NCBI GenBank assembly: GCA_035084275.1
Contig: CM068771.1
Location: 2,170,001-2,234,000 of the forward strand
Length of the DNA stretch: 64,000 nt
Direction: 5' to 3'
Source of the DNA: Hydrolagus colliei
Taxonomy: Eukaryota
Shown: positions 1-12,005 of the stretch, in pieces
How positions within the stretch are numbered: position 1 is the stretch's first letter
How the letters are laid out: each line of letters begins with the position of its first letter
Translations under genes and position numbers: made by a program
Notes under the pieces: model-generated
Told to the model about the DNA's origin: nothing
The model's input: only the letters and a program-made list of their open reading frames with translations
Database searches by the model: none

Positions 1-866
1 CATTTGACAAAGTGCCACATGAGAGACATATTATGAAATTAAAGGCCCATGGCGTGAAAGGGACAGAGGCAGCGTGGATCCACAACTGGCTGCGAGACAG
101 AAAGCAGAGAGTTGTAGTGAGCGGCTGTTTTTCAGATTGGAGGGAAGTGAGCAGTGGTGTGCCACAGGGATCCGTTTTGGGACCATTGCTGTTTGTAATC
201 TACATCAATGATCTGGACTTGGGTATACGGAGTACAGTTTCCAAGTTTGCAGATGACACTAAGTTAGGGAGAATAGTAAATAGTGAGGAGGATAGTAGCC
301 ATCTGCAAGAGGATATAGACAAATTGGTAAAGTGGGCAGACACATGGCAGATGAAGTTTAATGCAGAGAAGTGTGAGGTGATGCATTTTGGGAGAAGAAA
401 TGAAGGGAGGCAATATAGGCTAGATAGTACAATTTTAAATGGTGTGAAGGAACAGAGAGACCTGGGGATTTGTGTTAATGACTCGTTGAAGGTGGCAGGA
501 CAGGTAGACAAGGCTGTTAAGAAGGCATATGGGATACTAGGCTTTATAAATAGGGGTATAGAGTACAAAAGTCAGGAAGTGCTGACTAACCTCTATAGGA
601 CTTTGGTGAGGCCTCAGCTGGAATACTGTGTTCAATTCTGGTCACCACACTACAGAAAGGATGTGAAGGCATTGGAAAGGGTACAACAAAGATTTACTAG
701 GATGGTGCCAGGATTGAGGGACTTCAGCTATGAGGAGAGGCTAGATAGGCTAGGGTGATTCTCTCTGGAGCAGAGAAGATTGAGGGGAGACCTAATAGAG
801 GTTTATAAGATCATGAGGGGTTTCAACAGGGCAAATAGAGAAAAACTATTTCCACTCGTGGGTGAA
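1..866 (+). mobile_element. CR1 LINE ORF2 (reverse transcriptase) fragment
   Basis: ORF 12-758 has CR1 RT motifs GVPQGSVLGPLLF, FADDTKL, LVRPQLEYCVQFWSP; continues after a frameshift near 760. Confidence 0.95.
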
Positions 867-1148
867 TTTCTGTCTCGCAGCCAGTTGTGGATCCACGCTG
901 CCTCTGTCCCTTTCACGCCATGGGCCTTTAATTTCATAATAAGTCTCTCATGTGGCACTTTGTCAAATGCCTTTTGAAAGTCCATGTAAACTACATCAAC
1001 TGCGCTACCATTATCCACCCATTCCGTTACCTCATCAAAAAATTCTATCAGATTTGTAAGGCAAGATTTGCCTTCAACAAATCCATGTTGACTGTCCTTT
1101 ATTAGCCTATATCTTTCTAAGTGAAGATCTACCTTGTCCCTGATTATG
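867..1148 (-). mobile_element. Inverted CR1 ORF2 segment embedded in the CR1 element
   Basis: 867-969 is the reverse complement of 1-103 with 1 mismatch; minus ORF reads VDVVYMDFQKAFDKVPHERL. Confidence 0.9.
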
Positions 1149-1452
1149 GACTCGTGGTCACAGATTTAAAATAGTTTCAAGGCGAAGTAGAGGGGAGCTC
1201 AGGAGAAATTTTTTCACTCAGCGAGTTGTTCGAATCTGGAATGCATTGCCTGAAAAGGTGGTGGAGGCTGATTCGATAACAACTTTTAAAAGGGAATTAG
1301 ATCTTTATTTAGGGAGAACAGGTCTATTAGGCTATGGGGAGCGGGCAGGGCAGTGGGATTGAATCGCTCTTTTCAAAGAGCCGGCACAGACCAGATGGGC
1401 TGAATGGCCTCCTTTTGTGCCGTAAAATTCTATGAATCTATGAATCTATGAA
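1149..1452 (+). mobile_element. CR1 3' end with (ATCTATGA)n-type microsatellite tail
   Basis: gactcgtggtcacaga...gaatctggaatgcattgcc...aattctatgaatctatgaatctatgaat; near-identical copy at 48925-49230. Confidence 0.9.
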
Positions 1453-1632
1453 TTGATAAGATGTGAAAAGCACTATACCAAATGCAAGAATTATCATTGT
1501 TAGTGCTAATGTATACTGACACCTAGATGGCGCTGTGACCCCATTTTTTTCAAACCTGATCTAGATTCTCAGACTTGTGCAAATACCTCTTTTTACTCAA
1601 AAGCACCTCCCTAATGAAATTCTTGTTTGCAT

Positions 1633-1715
1633 TCATGATGTCCTTCTATACATTGATTGAATCTCTACAAATACGGTTTCCGTGCTGCCCGTAGCACTTG
1701 AAGGTCTGCGGATGT
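1633..1715 (-). CDS. Candidate terminal exon of the lectin gene (DIRRPSSATGSTETVFVEIQSMYRRTS*)
   Basis: AG acceptor in phase 1, open to TGA; weak polypyrimidine tract and no homology recognised. Confidence 0.2.
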
Positions 1716-1769
1716 CTATAGCCAAAGCCTATGGGCAGCACAGCTGGCCAAAGTCTCTTAACGACCTTC

Positions 1770-2100
1770 TAAACATCTGTGATCTCTGCCTCCTTGTACT
1801 CCTTCAATTTTTCTGCCTTCGACACTGTCAACCATTCCATCCTCCTACACTGCCTATCCTCTCAGCTCTATCTTCATGGACCTGCCTTCACCTGGTTCAA
1901 CTTTTACTTCTCTCACCATCTCCACTTTGTCGCCAATAATGGCTTCTCCTCTAGCCCATGCACTGTCGCTTGTGGTGTCCCCCAGGGCTCTGTGTTTGGC
2001 CCCCTACTTTTCAATATCTACATGCTCCCCCTTGGTGACTTCATCCACAGACACATTTATGCGGATGACAACCCAACTCTATCTTTCTGCCTCCACCCTT
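1770..2100 (+). mobile_element. Degenerate L2 LINE RT fragment
   Basis: SAFDTVNHSILL...CGVPQGSVFGPLLFNIYMLPLG...YADD motifs. Confidence 0.8.
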
Positions 2101-2317
2101 GATTTTTATCAACTTCATGCAATACTGTTCAGTGAAAAGATGTGGAAGTTCTCAGTCAATGAACTTTGGTTGGTCTCTGGGTTAAAGCTTGCTATTTCTT
2201 ACATTGAACAGAACCAATAAATCATGTGTTAAAATGAGTGATGTGAAAATACCTCTGTATTTGATGATCCTGGAAAGCGAAACACAACATCCCAATAAAT
2301 CCTTGTCCTAATCTTAC

Positions 2318-2683
2318 CTTTCTGGCACGTGAACTGGTATGTTTGATTACAGAAATCATCAAACCACAGCCCTTTGATCATAGCCACACAAACTGGAGAA
2401 CTTAAGTAACCGTTTGGCTCCATAAATTTCCAGTTTGTATAATTTAGTTGTTCTCCAGTTGTCCACAGCCAGTTGGATTTGGAGCCTTTTTTATTGTACA
2501 GCCCAATCCAGAGAGGTACGTGTGTGTCAATGTTCTCAGAAATGAACAAGTCCTCCTTATAGCTCTGAATGCTGAGCAGATTCGTGTAGTTGATGTGGCA
2601 ATACTCCAAGGCTTCAGTCCAGTTTTTCTTTTGACCAATCAGGTAATACATCCTGTTAACTGACTTGTTATTCACTGCAGGAT
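2318..2683 (-). CDS. C-type lectin domain exon D (EPN motif)
   Basis: 366 bp, phase 1-1, ttctcatcag acceptor and G|GTAAG donor; NWTEALEYC, LWIGL, four Cys, MEPNG, WFDDFC. Confidence 0.9.
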
Positions 2684-3904
2684 CTGATGAGAAGCCATGA
2701 GACAAAGATTCACACTTCAGTGGAATTCAAGTGAAGATAAATCTGACATAAGATACCTATCCTTACTTCAAACCCTATCAAATTTGATCACACCCATGCA
2801 ATATTCTGGAATTCTGTGGAAACAGGCAGAACAGAAGGCATCCTTCTTTGTTTTGGTATACAAGTAGGTTCTTTACATTGTATATTCAAAGATGCATATT
2901 CACTGTATCTGAGAGTGATCGTGGATCACATTCTGGCTTCAAAGATGCAGGCAAGCAATTCTTCCCAATCAGCTCCTGTTAACACTGTGTGATATGTGCT
3001 GTGAGGGTTAAGCAGTTCGATTTCAAAAACCGCACACTCGAGTCAAATACACTCGCTTCCTGGCACCTCCCTTCCTCTCCGACTACCTCAGTCTCCAATC
3101 CACCACCCGGCCCTCCACTCAACTGCTCCCGGGTCACACTTTCAGCCATTACACTCATACCAAAAAACACAATAATAATAAATTCGTAATTTCAATCCAT
3201 GACTGAGTGTGGGACACTGCTGTGCGCAATTGGCTATTGAATTTCACCCACAAATATGAAGTCAATTCACTTTACAGTATATTCTGTGAAGTGCTTTGAG
3301 CCGAAAAAGCGCTATATCAAATGCAAGGATTATTATTATTATTAAAGCTGAATATTAAATAACTTTACATGGATTAATAATAAATTATTATTATATTATT
3401 AAAAACACTGAAACTCTTTCCCTCAATCCCACCACCTCTCTCCTCCTTTCCAAGTCCTGCCTGAAAAATTTCCTCTTCGACCACGCTGATGGCGAGTTGC
3501 ATATCCCCATTCCCCCACACCACACTCTGCAAAAGACTTCTCTTCTGTTACCAAACTAGTAATATTCAGAGTTATGGCTGTAGCTTTTTTTGGGAGCAAA
3601 AATTGAGGGATCTGAAGATAGCTGGTAGGGAGGTAAAGATTTTTTCCCAACTATGAAGACATAGCACATTGGAGCAGAGAGGTTTAAGAGGAGAAGTATC
3701 AAAGTAATCATGGAGTGGTTCCATAAGGTGAACAATGAGAAACTATTTTCACCGCCAAGTGGGCGGGTAACCCAAAGATGCCGATATAAAATAGTTATTT
3801 TTCAATATTGACAGAATGTGAGGAGATATGTTTTCATGCTGCCAGTTACAGTATTAGGGTCTGGAATGCATTGCCTGGGAAGGTGGTAGAAGCTTATACG
3901 ATAA

Positions 3905-4440
3905 AAAAAAAATAAGCGAGAAGTAGATGGTTATTTGGGAAGGAGAGGTGATGTGGGACCACATCACTCCTACCCTCACCTGTCTCCACTGGCTCCCCAT
4001 CCCCCACAGGATCAAATTCAAGATCCTCATCCCCATCTTCAAGGCCATTCACGGCTATCTCTCTGACCTGCCGTCTCCCTATCAGCATGCCCGCCACCTC
4101 CGTTCAGCAGGCTCTGGCTTGCTCCATGTCCCCGACCGAACTGCCCTACCATCGGTGGCCAGACTGCCTCTCTGCCCCCCACACTCTGGAACTCCATCCC
4201 ACAATCCATCCCTTCACCTCGCTTCTTCCCTTTCCTCCTTCAAGGCCGGTCTCAAGACCTTCCTCTTTGACCGTGCCTTCTGCTGCCCTCCAAACTCTCC
4301 CCCCTCTCCTACTTTCCTTCCCCCCACCCCTACCCCGAACTTTCCCCCACCACTCGGGTCCCGACCTAACTGTTCAGCGCCTTGGGACGTCCTCCCGATG
4401 TGAAAGCCGCTCTATCAATGTAATTTTGTTGTTATTGTAC
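3905..4440 (+). mobile_element. L2 3' fragment
   Basis: HITPTLTCLHWLPIPHRIKFKIL followed by the L2 tail cagcgccttgggacgtcc...gtgaaagccgctctat. Confidence 0.8.
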
Positions 4441-5373
4441 AGGGAGAGGGTTGAAGGAGTCGGTTTGATTTGAACAGCTCTTTTCAAAGAGCCAGCACAG
4501 ATACACAGATACGAAAGGCTGAATGGCCTCCTTCTGTGCTGTACAATTATATGATTCTATGATTTGATATCATTGACAGGGACAAAGGAAGAGGATGAGA
4601 TCATATGGTGATGCTTTGGCACTGGCCTTACCTGCAGCAATTTGAAACATGGGAATCTTCAAAGATGCGATTGGAACATTTTTAACTGCTAACTTGTTTG
4701 TAGGTTGTGGAGACATCACTGGTGTGACAGGAAGGGAAAATTCCTGAAGGTCTGTGGAGACAGAAATAACTTTGCTGTTCAGCAGACATTAAAACTAATC
4801 ATTCTTACATTTGAACTAGAGCTTTTCTCGTCTTAAAGATGTCTCAAAAAACCTCCACATAGTATATTGTAAAGTACATTTTTTGGTAAAATGTGGCAGC
4901 CAATTGCGCACAACAGTGTCCCACAAACAGTCATGGATTGAAGTGACTAATTTATTATTGCTTTTTTGATGGATTGAACGCGCTTTTTGCTGTTTGTGAG
5001 AAAGGTGACATGTTTTAAAGTCCTCTTTTCTTGCATTTCAAGTAGAAAAGTATTTTTGGAGGAGTGGAATCAATGGCTCGGGAGTCCAGGCTCTGGAAAC
5101 TAAGATCGAGTATTCAGCTCGATTGGAAGAGTTGGCAGCAAGATAGGCAGACTAACCTGCTCTTGTCCCGCAATTGAACACACCTCTTGGAAGGGTAGAA
5201 TCATAGAATCATACGGCACAAAAGGAGACCATTTGGCCCATCGACTCTGTGCCGGCTCTTTAAAAAGAGCAATTTAATCCCACTCCCCAGCTCTCTCCCC
5301 ATAACCGTACATAGAATCATAGAATTAATGGGTAAAACCCATTAAAGCTGAACATCCCATTGCCTGATCTTAC

Positions 5374-5739
5374 CTTTGTAGCAAATGAACCAATATGTTT
5401 TATTGCAGTAGTTGTCAAACCACAGGTCACTGAACACAGCCACACAGACATTGGACTTAACGTGAGTATTTTTCTCCTGATATCTCCACTGTGTATAATT
5501 GACTACTTCTCCATTTGCCCACACCCACGCGTCAGTGGAATTCATTTTCCTGAACAGACCAATCCAGAGAGTACGATTTCCGACAGTCAGCTGAGATATA
5601 TACTTGGCCTCCTCCAAATTCCGGATACTGACCAGATCTGTGTAGTGACTTTTGCAGTAATCCTGTGATTCGGTCCAGTTTTTCAATTGCTCGATTGGGT
5701 AATATTCTCTGTCCACAGGTTTATTTCCTGATGCCCACG
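5374..5739 (-). CDS. C-type lectin domain exon C
   Basis: 366 bp, phase 1-1, ttttcccctcag acceptor and G|GTAAG donor; NWTESQDYC, LWIGL, WFDNYC...FIC. Confidence 0.9.
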
Positions 5740-6240
5740 CTGAGGGGAAAACATCACATCAGCGAGCAACCATTGTAGATTCAAGTTTCATTTCTAAACA
5801 GATTGCCTTCACATCCCTTTGCAATTTCATTCCTTCTTGCTTCAGTAAACACTTCTTGCTGTGTTTTGCTACAAGCACATTTATGTAACTTATTGCTGTG
5901 CAGGTGTTATTACAGTATGTAACTTATTCTTCTGCACTGCCATTTGTGGCTAAACTTTCATCCACCATTTTCATCATATTATTATTACCATTTCCCTATC
6001 CTATGGAAATACTGTCATTCCAGACCTTTCAGCATTACTGCCTACTGTCTTCACACTAACCCCCTTTTGAAAGACATCTCACTTAACTCAGCTTTACGTC
6101 AACATGCTTAAATATTTGACCAAAATTTCTGTATAACTTTTCATCCATTGAACTCCACATTTGGGCAATGGCACCATCAGAGAGAACTGGCAGATTTGAA
6201 CAAATATTTGCCAAAAAGTGCAGCAAAAATGCGTTAGCAA

Positions 6241-6515
6241 CTACCATCTGTACATTGCACCAGGCTTATAAGTATTACTTACATATATTGGTCTGCGAAT
6301 GAACACGTGAACAGAGATTATGTAACCTGCTGAGGAAATCTTTCCAAAGTTAGGATACTTCAAAGCTGCAAGTTGAGTGTTTACTGCTACAGGAAGATTT
6401 GAGGGCTGCAAGGAATTGATTTCTGACTTGTTGGCGCTCGAAGCATTGGTAGGATTTGTGAACACAGCATCAGAAATAAAAGTTATAACAATCCTTGTGT
6501 TTGATATAATGCCCA
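6241..6515 (-). CDS. Candidate S/T/N-rich stalk or terminal exon between CTLD exons
   Basis: Phase-1 aag acceptor after gtctttctcattgtcac; open frame with NAS and NKS sequons; no homology recognised. Confidence 0.2.
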
Positions 6516-7140
6516 CTTGTGACAATGAGAAAGACTAAAAGTGATTCACAGAGCATTATACTGTACTGTTAAGTGAATTGGCTGTACATTTTGTGAGCGA
6601 AACCCACCAGTAAATTGCACATAGAAGTGTCTCACAAATGGAGTGAATGGTGTGACAACAGCAACAACAAAATTACACTTATAGTACGCCTTTCACGTTG
6701 GGAGGATGTCGCAAGGCGCTGAACAGTCAGTACAGGACCCAAGCAAGGGAGAGGGGCAGGCCGCGAGAGTGTTAGGAAGGAAGGGAGAGAGTTGGGAGGG
6801 CAGCAGAAGGCATGGTCGAAGCAGAGTATCTTGAGACCAGCCTTGAAGGAGGAGAGGGAGGAAGCAAGGCGAAGGGACTGTGGGATGGAATTCCAGAATG
6901 TGGGAGCGGATAATTTATAATATTTATTACCACCCTCTTAAATACACCTATGCTGTTTGCCTCAAAAACTCCTTGTGGTAGTGAGCTCCACATTTACACC
7001 AATTCTTTCTGCATAAAGAAATTTATTCTAACTTCACCATTTGATCGGTTTGTGACTATTAAATACGTCATCCCCAAGCTTGACAAATAGTATATATTTA
7101 TCAAGCTCCCAATCCAAGAAATTGGACGCTGTAATTATAC

Positions 7141-7509
7141 CTTCATAGCAGATGAACCAATAAGTTTGATTGCAGTAACCATCAAACCACAACGCATTGT
7201 TGATAGCCACACAGATCCCAGAAGCTGTGTAATTATTCATCTTTTCATCTTTCCAGTATGTATAATTGAATGGATCTCCGTTGGTCCATTGCCATCTATC
7301 AGAGGTTAGATTATTTTTGTACAGCCCAATCCAATACGATTCTCCCTCATTAAGCAGCTGAGCAGTAACATTAGTCTCCTCTGGGCTCTGGATGCTGACC
7401 AGGTCTGTGTAGTGAGCGCGGCAGTGATCCCGGGCTTCAGCCCATTTTAGTTTTACGTTAATCGTGTGGTATTTTCTGTCCAAGGATGGAAGAACAGTTT
7501 GGGCCAGAG
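7141..7509 (-). CDS. C-type lectin domain exon B
   Basis: 369 bp, phase 1-1, ctctttgcag acceptor and G|GTATAA donor; KWAEARDHC, YWIGL, WFDGYC. Confidence 0.9.
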
Positions 7510-8178
7510 CTGCAAAGAGGCAATTACATCAATCATTAACTCAACAACAACAACATTTGCGTTATGTAACACCCATCACACAGGTTACTGTCCCAGAGAA
7601 CTTGACAAGGTAGATAGTGGATTGCTCAGCTCTCTGGTGGAATGAGCCAGAACAGGAAGAAGGCATATTAAATCTGAACACTCAGCATGAAGTTCAGAAC
7701 AACAACAACAAAATTACATTTACAGAGCGCCTTTCATGTCAGGAGGACATCTGAAGGCACTGAACGGTTAGGTCGGGACCGAGCGGGGGGAGGGGAATGG
7801 TCACGGTAGGGGTGGGGAGAAGGAGAGTAGGAGAGAGGTGGGAGGGCAGCAGAAGGCACGGTCGAAGCGGAGTATCTTGAGACCAGCCTTGAAGGAGGAG
7901 AGGGAGGGAGCAAGGCAAAGGGACTGTGGGTTGGAATTCCAGAATGTGGGAGCGGATAATATGTAATATTTATTACCACCCCCTTAAATACACCTATGCT
8001 GTTTGCCTCCTCGTGGTAGTGAGCTCCACATTTACACCAATTCTTTCTGCATAAAGAAATTTCTTCTAACTTCACCATTTGATCCGTTTGTGACTATTAA
8101 ATATGTCATCCCCAAGCTTGACAAATAGAATATATTTATCAAGCTCCCAATCCAAGAAATTGGACGCTGTAATTATAC

Positions 8179-8547
8179 CTTCATAGCAGATGAACCAATA
8201 AGTTTGATTGCAGTAACCATCAAACCACAACGCATTGTTGATAGCCACACAGATCCCAGAAGCTGTGTAATTATTCATCTTTTCATCTTTCCAGTATGTA
8301 TAATTGAATGGATCTCCGTTGGTCCATTGCCATCCATCAGAGGTTAGATTATTTTTGTACAGCCCAATCCAATACGATTCTCCCTCATTAAGCAGCTGAG
8401 CAGTAACATTAGTCTCCTCTGGGCTCTGGATGCTGACCAGGTCTGTGTAGTGAGCGCGGCAGTGATCCCGAGCTTCAGCCCATTTTAGTTTTACGTTGAT
8501 CGTGTGGTATTTTCTGTCCAAGGATGGAAGAACAGTTTGGGCCAGAA
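8179..8547 (-). CDS. C-type lectin domain exon A
   Basis: 369 bp, phase 1-1; 4 substitutions relative to exon B by manual comparison. Confidence 0.9.
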
Positions 8548-9449
8548 CTGCAAAGAGGCAATTACATCAATCATTAACTCAACAACAACAACACTTGCGT
8601 TATGTAACGCCCATCACACAGGTTACTGTCCCAGAGAACTTGACAAGGTAGATAGTGGATTGCTCAGCTCTCTGGTGGAATGAGCCAGAACAGGAAGAAG
8701 GCATATTAAATCTGAACACTCAGCATGAAATTCAGAACAACAACAACAAAATTACATTTACAGAGCGCCTTTCACGTCAGGAGGACATCTCAAGGCACTG
8801 AACGGTTAGGTCGGGACCGAGCGGGGGGAGGGGAATGGTCACGGTAGGGGTGGGGAGAAGGAGAATAGGAGAGAGGTGGGAGGGCAGCAGAAGGCACGGT
8901 CGAAAAGGAAGATCTTGAGACCGGCCTTGAAGGAGGAAAGGGAGAAAGCGAGGCAAAGCGATTGCTGGATGGAGTTCAGAAGTGTGGGAGCAGAGCAGCT
9001 GAAAGCCCGGCCACCGATGGTATGGCGGATCGGGCGGGGGACATGAAGCAGGCCAGAGCCCTCTGGAGGGGATGAGCAGGCTGATAGGGAGACCGCAGGT
9101 CAGAGAGATAGGCGGGAGCAAGGCTTTGAATGGCCTTGAAAGTGAGGACCAGGGCCTTGAATTCAAATCTCTGGGGGATGGGGAGTCTGTGGAGACAGAC
9201 GAGTTTGGGAGTGATGTGGTCACGGAGCCCAGTGTGGGAGAGTACACGAGCTTCACAGTTCTGAATAATCTGCAGCTTGTGAAAATGTTTAAATTAGAAA
9301 AGAACAGATATCTTGGAAGGTAGTGGTTAGGAGAATTCCTGCATTGATATAACAAACTGGTGGAACACATTGAGTGGGCTGATTGCTACTTCATTGCTAT
9401 CCTGATATTGCCCAGGATCTCCTGTCCAGGATGATTAAAACTCACTCAC

Positions 9450-9495
9450 CTTGAGTTAGAAAGAGGAGGGGGAAAAATACCAACACTTTACTCAT
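9450..9495 (-). CDS. Signal-peptide exon of the lectin gene (MSKVLVFFPLLFLTQ)
   Basis: ATG plus hydrophobic run, G|GTGAGT phase-1 donor; splices in frame to exon A giving MSKVLVFFPLLFLTQVLAQTVLPS. Confidence 0.85.
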
Positions 9496-11899
9496 CTTCT
9501 CATAGGAAACTCGTTCCAAATATATGGGGTATGTTGCTGAGGAGAAACAATTGGCATCTATTTTGCACCAACTGTGACCTACATATAACAACGATAGAGA
9601 TATATTTTAATACAAACAACAAAAACAACAAAATCATATTTGTATAGCACCTTTCGTGTCAGGAGGACATCCCAAGGCGCTGGGCAGTTACTGCTTGAGA
9701 CCCAAGCTGAGGGATGTGTGGTAGGGAGGGGGAGAAGGAGTTGCCGAAGGGTCCATCGAAGAGGAGAGTCTTGAGGCAAGACTTGAAGGAGGCCAGGGAG
9801 AGGGCGAGGTGGAGGGACTGCGGGACAGAGTTCCAGAGGTTGGGACCAGAGTGGCTGAAGGCTCGCCCACCAATGGGTCGGGGGACGTGGAGAAGGCCAA
9901 AACCTGCTGAACGGAGGGGTCGGGCAGATTGGTAAAGGGATAGGAGGTCACGGATGCAGGGTGAGGGACGAGGTTGTGGAGGGCTTTAAATGTGAGGAGT
10001 AGGATCTTGAATTGGCTTCTCTGAATGATGGGGAGAAGTATTTGGGAGTCAGGACGCTACTAGAACAACAGCAACAACTTCTATTTATATAGCGCCCTCC
10101 ACGCCGGATGCCATCTCAGAGCACTTAAGACGCTGCCCCCAATAAACACATACATACATACATATATTATCGACTCTCTGAAATTCTAATAGGAGTAAAT
10201 GTAGACTCAGGAGGAACCACCAGATAGACAGGACTTAGGTTTAATGTTTTCTTGTAGAACAAAATTATAATCTGGAGTAAATGGTAATTATTACTATTAC
10301 AATACAACAGCATTATAAAACAACACTTATGTTTCCAAATTAACCCTAATCTGGAAACGAAGACAACTAAAATTTTAAGAGTGAATTGATCTTGAGGGCT
10401 AGGATGTGTTCTTTTGGCATCGGGTTGTTAATTTATTAATGGGCCTTTGCGAGCACCAATCTTGGCTTCCCTGTCTATAAAACAGATTCGGAAGCAAGTC
10501 TGATCGAGCTAGGACATCTGTGCGTAACCTGTCATTGTAGTATTAGAACTCATATTACCAGTGTTGCTTTGGGGGGGCACATCACTGGATAAGTAACTGA
10601 GGTATTCATTGTCACATTACAGTATAACAAAGTTCGAATGCGAGCAATTTATATATGTTTCTTCCCCCCAAAAGAGTAAGTTAAATGAGTTAACTGAGAC
10701 ATTTTGGAAGCACCGAGCACAAGTTCTATTATAAATAGTCGGCATCTCAATGTGGTGCTTACCAGATCTCCTCTACCCTGGTTGTCCAGGCTCCAAGTGC
10801 ACAATTTCCTGCAGAGTCAGCTTCGCTTTCGATCTTAACTCTTCTCACTTGTGAGGCAAGTGCTCCAACCGATAAACTACGCGACTCCAGCCTTAAATCT
10901 CAGCTTTACAATCAGTGGATGCATAGGATGAACACAGTGACAGACTAGGAGAAATTGGCTTCCTCGAAGAAACATGCAGGAATAAATCGTCTGTTTTCTG
11001 AAAACGAAATATCCCTTCTCTTCAGCACGAATAAACTAAATGAGGAGGGTTTCTGGGCAATAAAATGAGAGGCCACTTGAGTTACAGGTCCAGGAGACAA
11101 TTCTCTTCCATCCTGCTCTACCGCAAAGCAAAGGAACATACATAAAGGCTGGACAAAAGAAACACCAAGTTGCATCTAGTCTGCCGTCTCTGATCCTCGT
11201 CATCATATGCTACAATAATGGAGATGTTGATAGCAATTAATTTTGCATGGATTAGACTACATCACAGTGGGAAGCTTTGGAAACCCTCAGATCCAAAGTG
11301 GCCTTAGTTCTTTCACACATACTACAATTATAATGTTTCAAATTACTCACACTGTATAATATAAACAAAGCACTTGTTAAAATACCACCCCATTAAGATT
11401 ATCATGACTCAACTGTGCGTTCGCAAGCCATATAAGGCTCTCCCTCCAATCCAGCACTCCTCCTCCCCCCAAAAAACACACTTCCATTTCTGTCTGTTTT
11501 CTTTTCCTCCTTCGGATACATTTTCGGGAGTAATTACTTTTACACTCGGGGGATGGAATTTGCCACTGTTTCGTTCTAAAAAGTGACATTTTTCAACAAC
11601 AAAAAAACAACCATATTCAGTCAAAACGTCCTGTCTTAGAACAAGTCCTCTTCTGGGGATTTTTAAAAAAAAAGTAGACATTTTGACAGGACAGCAAATA
11701 TCACTGTTTCCACTGTTACAATTTTGTTGGGGAAGAGAAGGCAACATGGAATTGCTTTGGCAGAATATGGTGGAAAATGATTATTCGCAATTATTGCTTA
11801 CTAGGAAAAATGATATGCAAGCCAAACTTGTTCATGCAGCCAACTCCATTCAGCAACTACCCCCTATTAAATATCAAATGTGGAACAGTTGTACACTCG

Positions 11900-12005
11900 G
11901 AACAAAAACAGAAGTCGCTGGGAACACTCAGCAGGTCAGGCAGCATCTATGGAGAAAGGAAAAGTGAGTCAATGTTTCGGGTCCACGACCCTTCGTCAGA
12001 ACGGT
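11900..12005 (-). mobile_element. Penelope-like terminal repeat fragment
   Basis: ctgacgaagggtc..gacccgaaac..agatgctgcctgacctgctgag pattern, recalled as a Penelope-associated repeat of sharks; not database-checked. Confidence 0.6.
11968..12002 (-). ncRNA. Minimal type I hammerhead ribozyme relic
   Basis: GUU-CUGACGA-A-GGGUC GUG GACCC-GAAAC-AUU-GAC: core and stem II intact; stem III palindrome ACGU reads ACAU. Confidence 0.55.

Larger units (their letters stand above)
6794..8904. repeat. Tandem duplication of a ~1.04-kb unit, each copy holding one CTLD exon
   Basis: ~6821-7866 and ~7867-8904 are near-identical; three L2-tail copies sit at the borders. Confidence 0.95.

Noticed and set aside
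10150-10780. Unique-looking AT-rich block with an LTR-like end on the minus strand
   Set aside because: No TG...CA boundaries or TSD could be established.
10990-11330. Possible decayed coding sequence (KLNEEGFWAIK resembles B30.2)
   Set aside because: Multiple stops and only a few matching residues.
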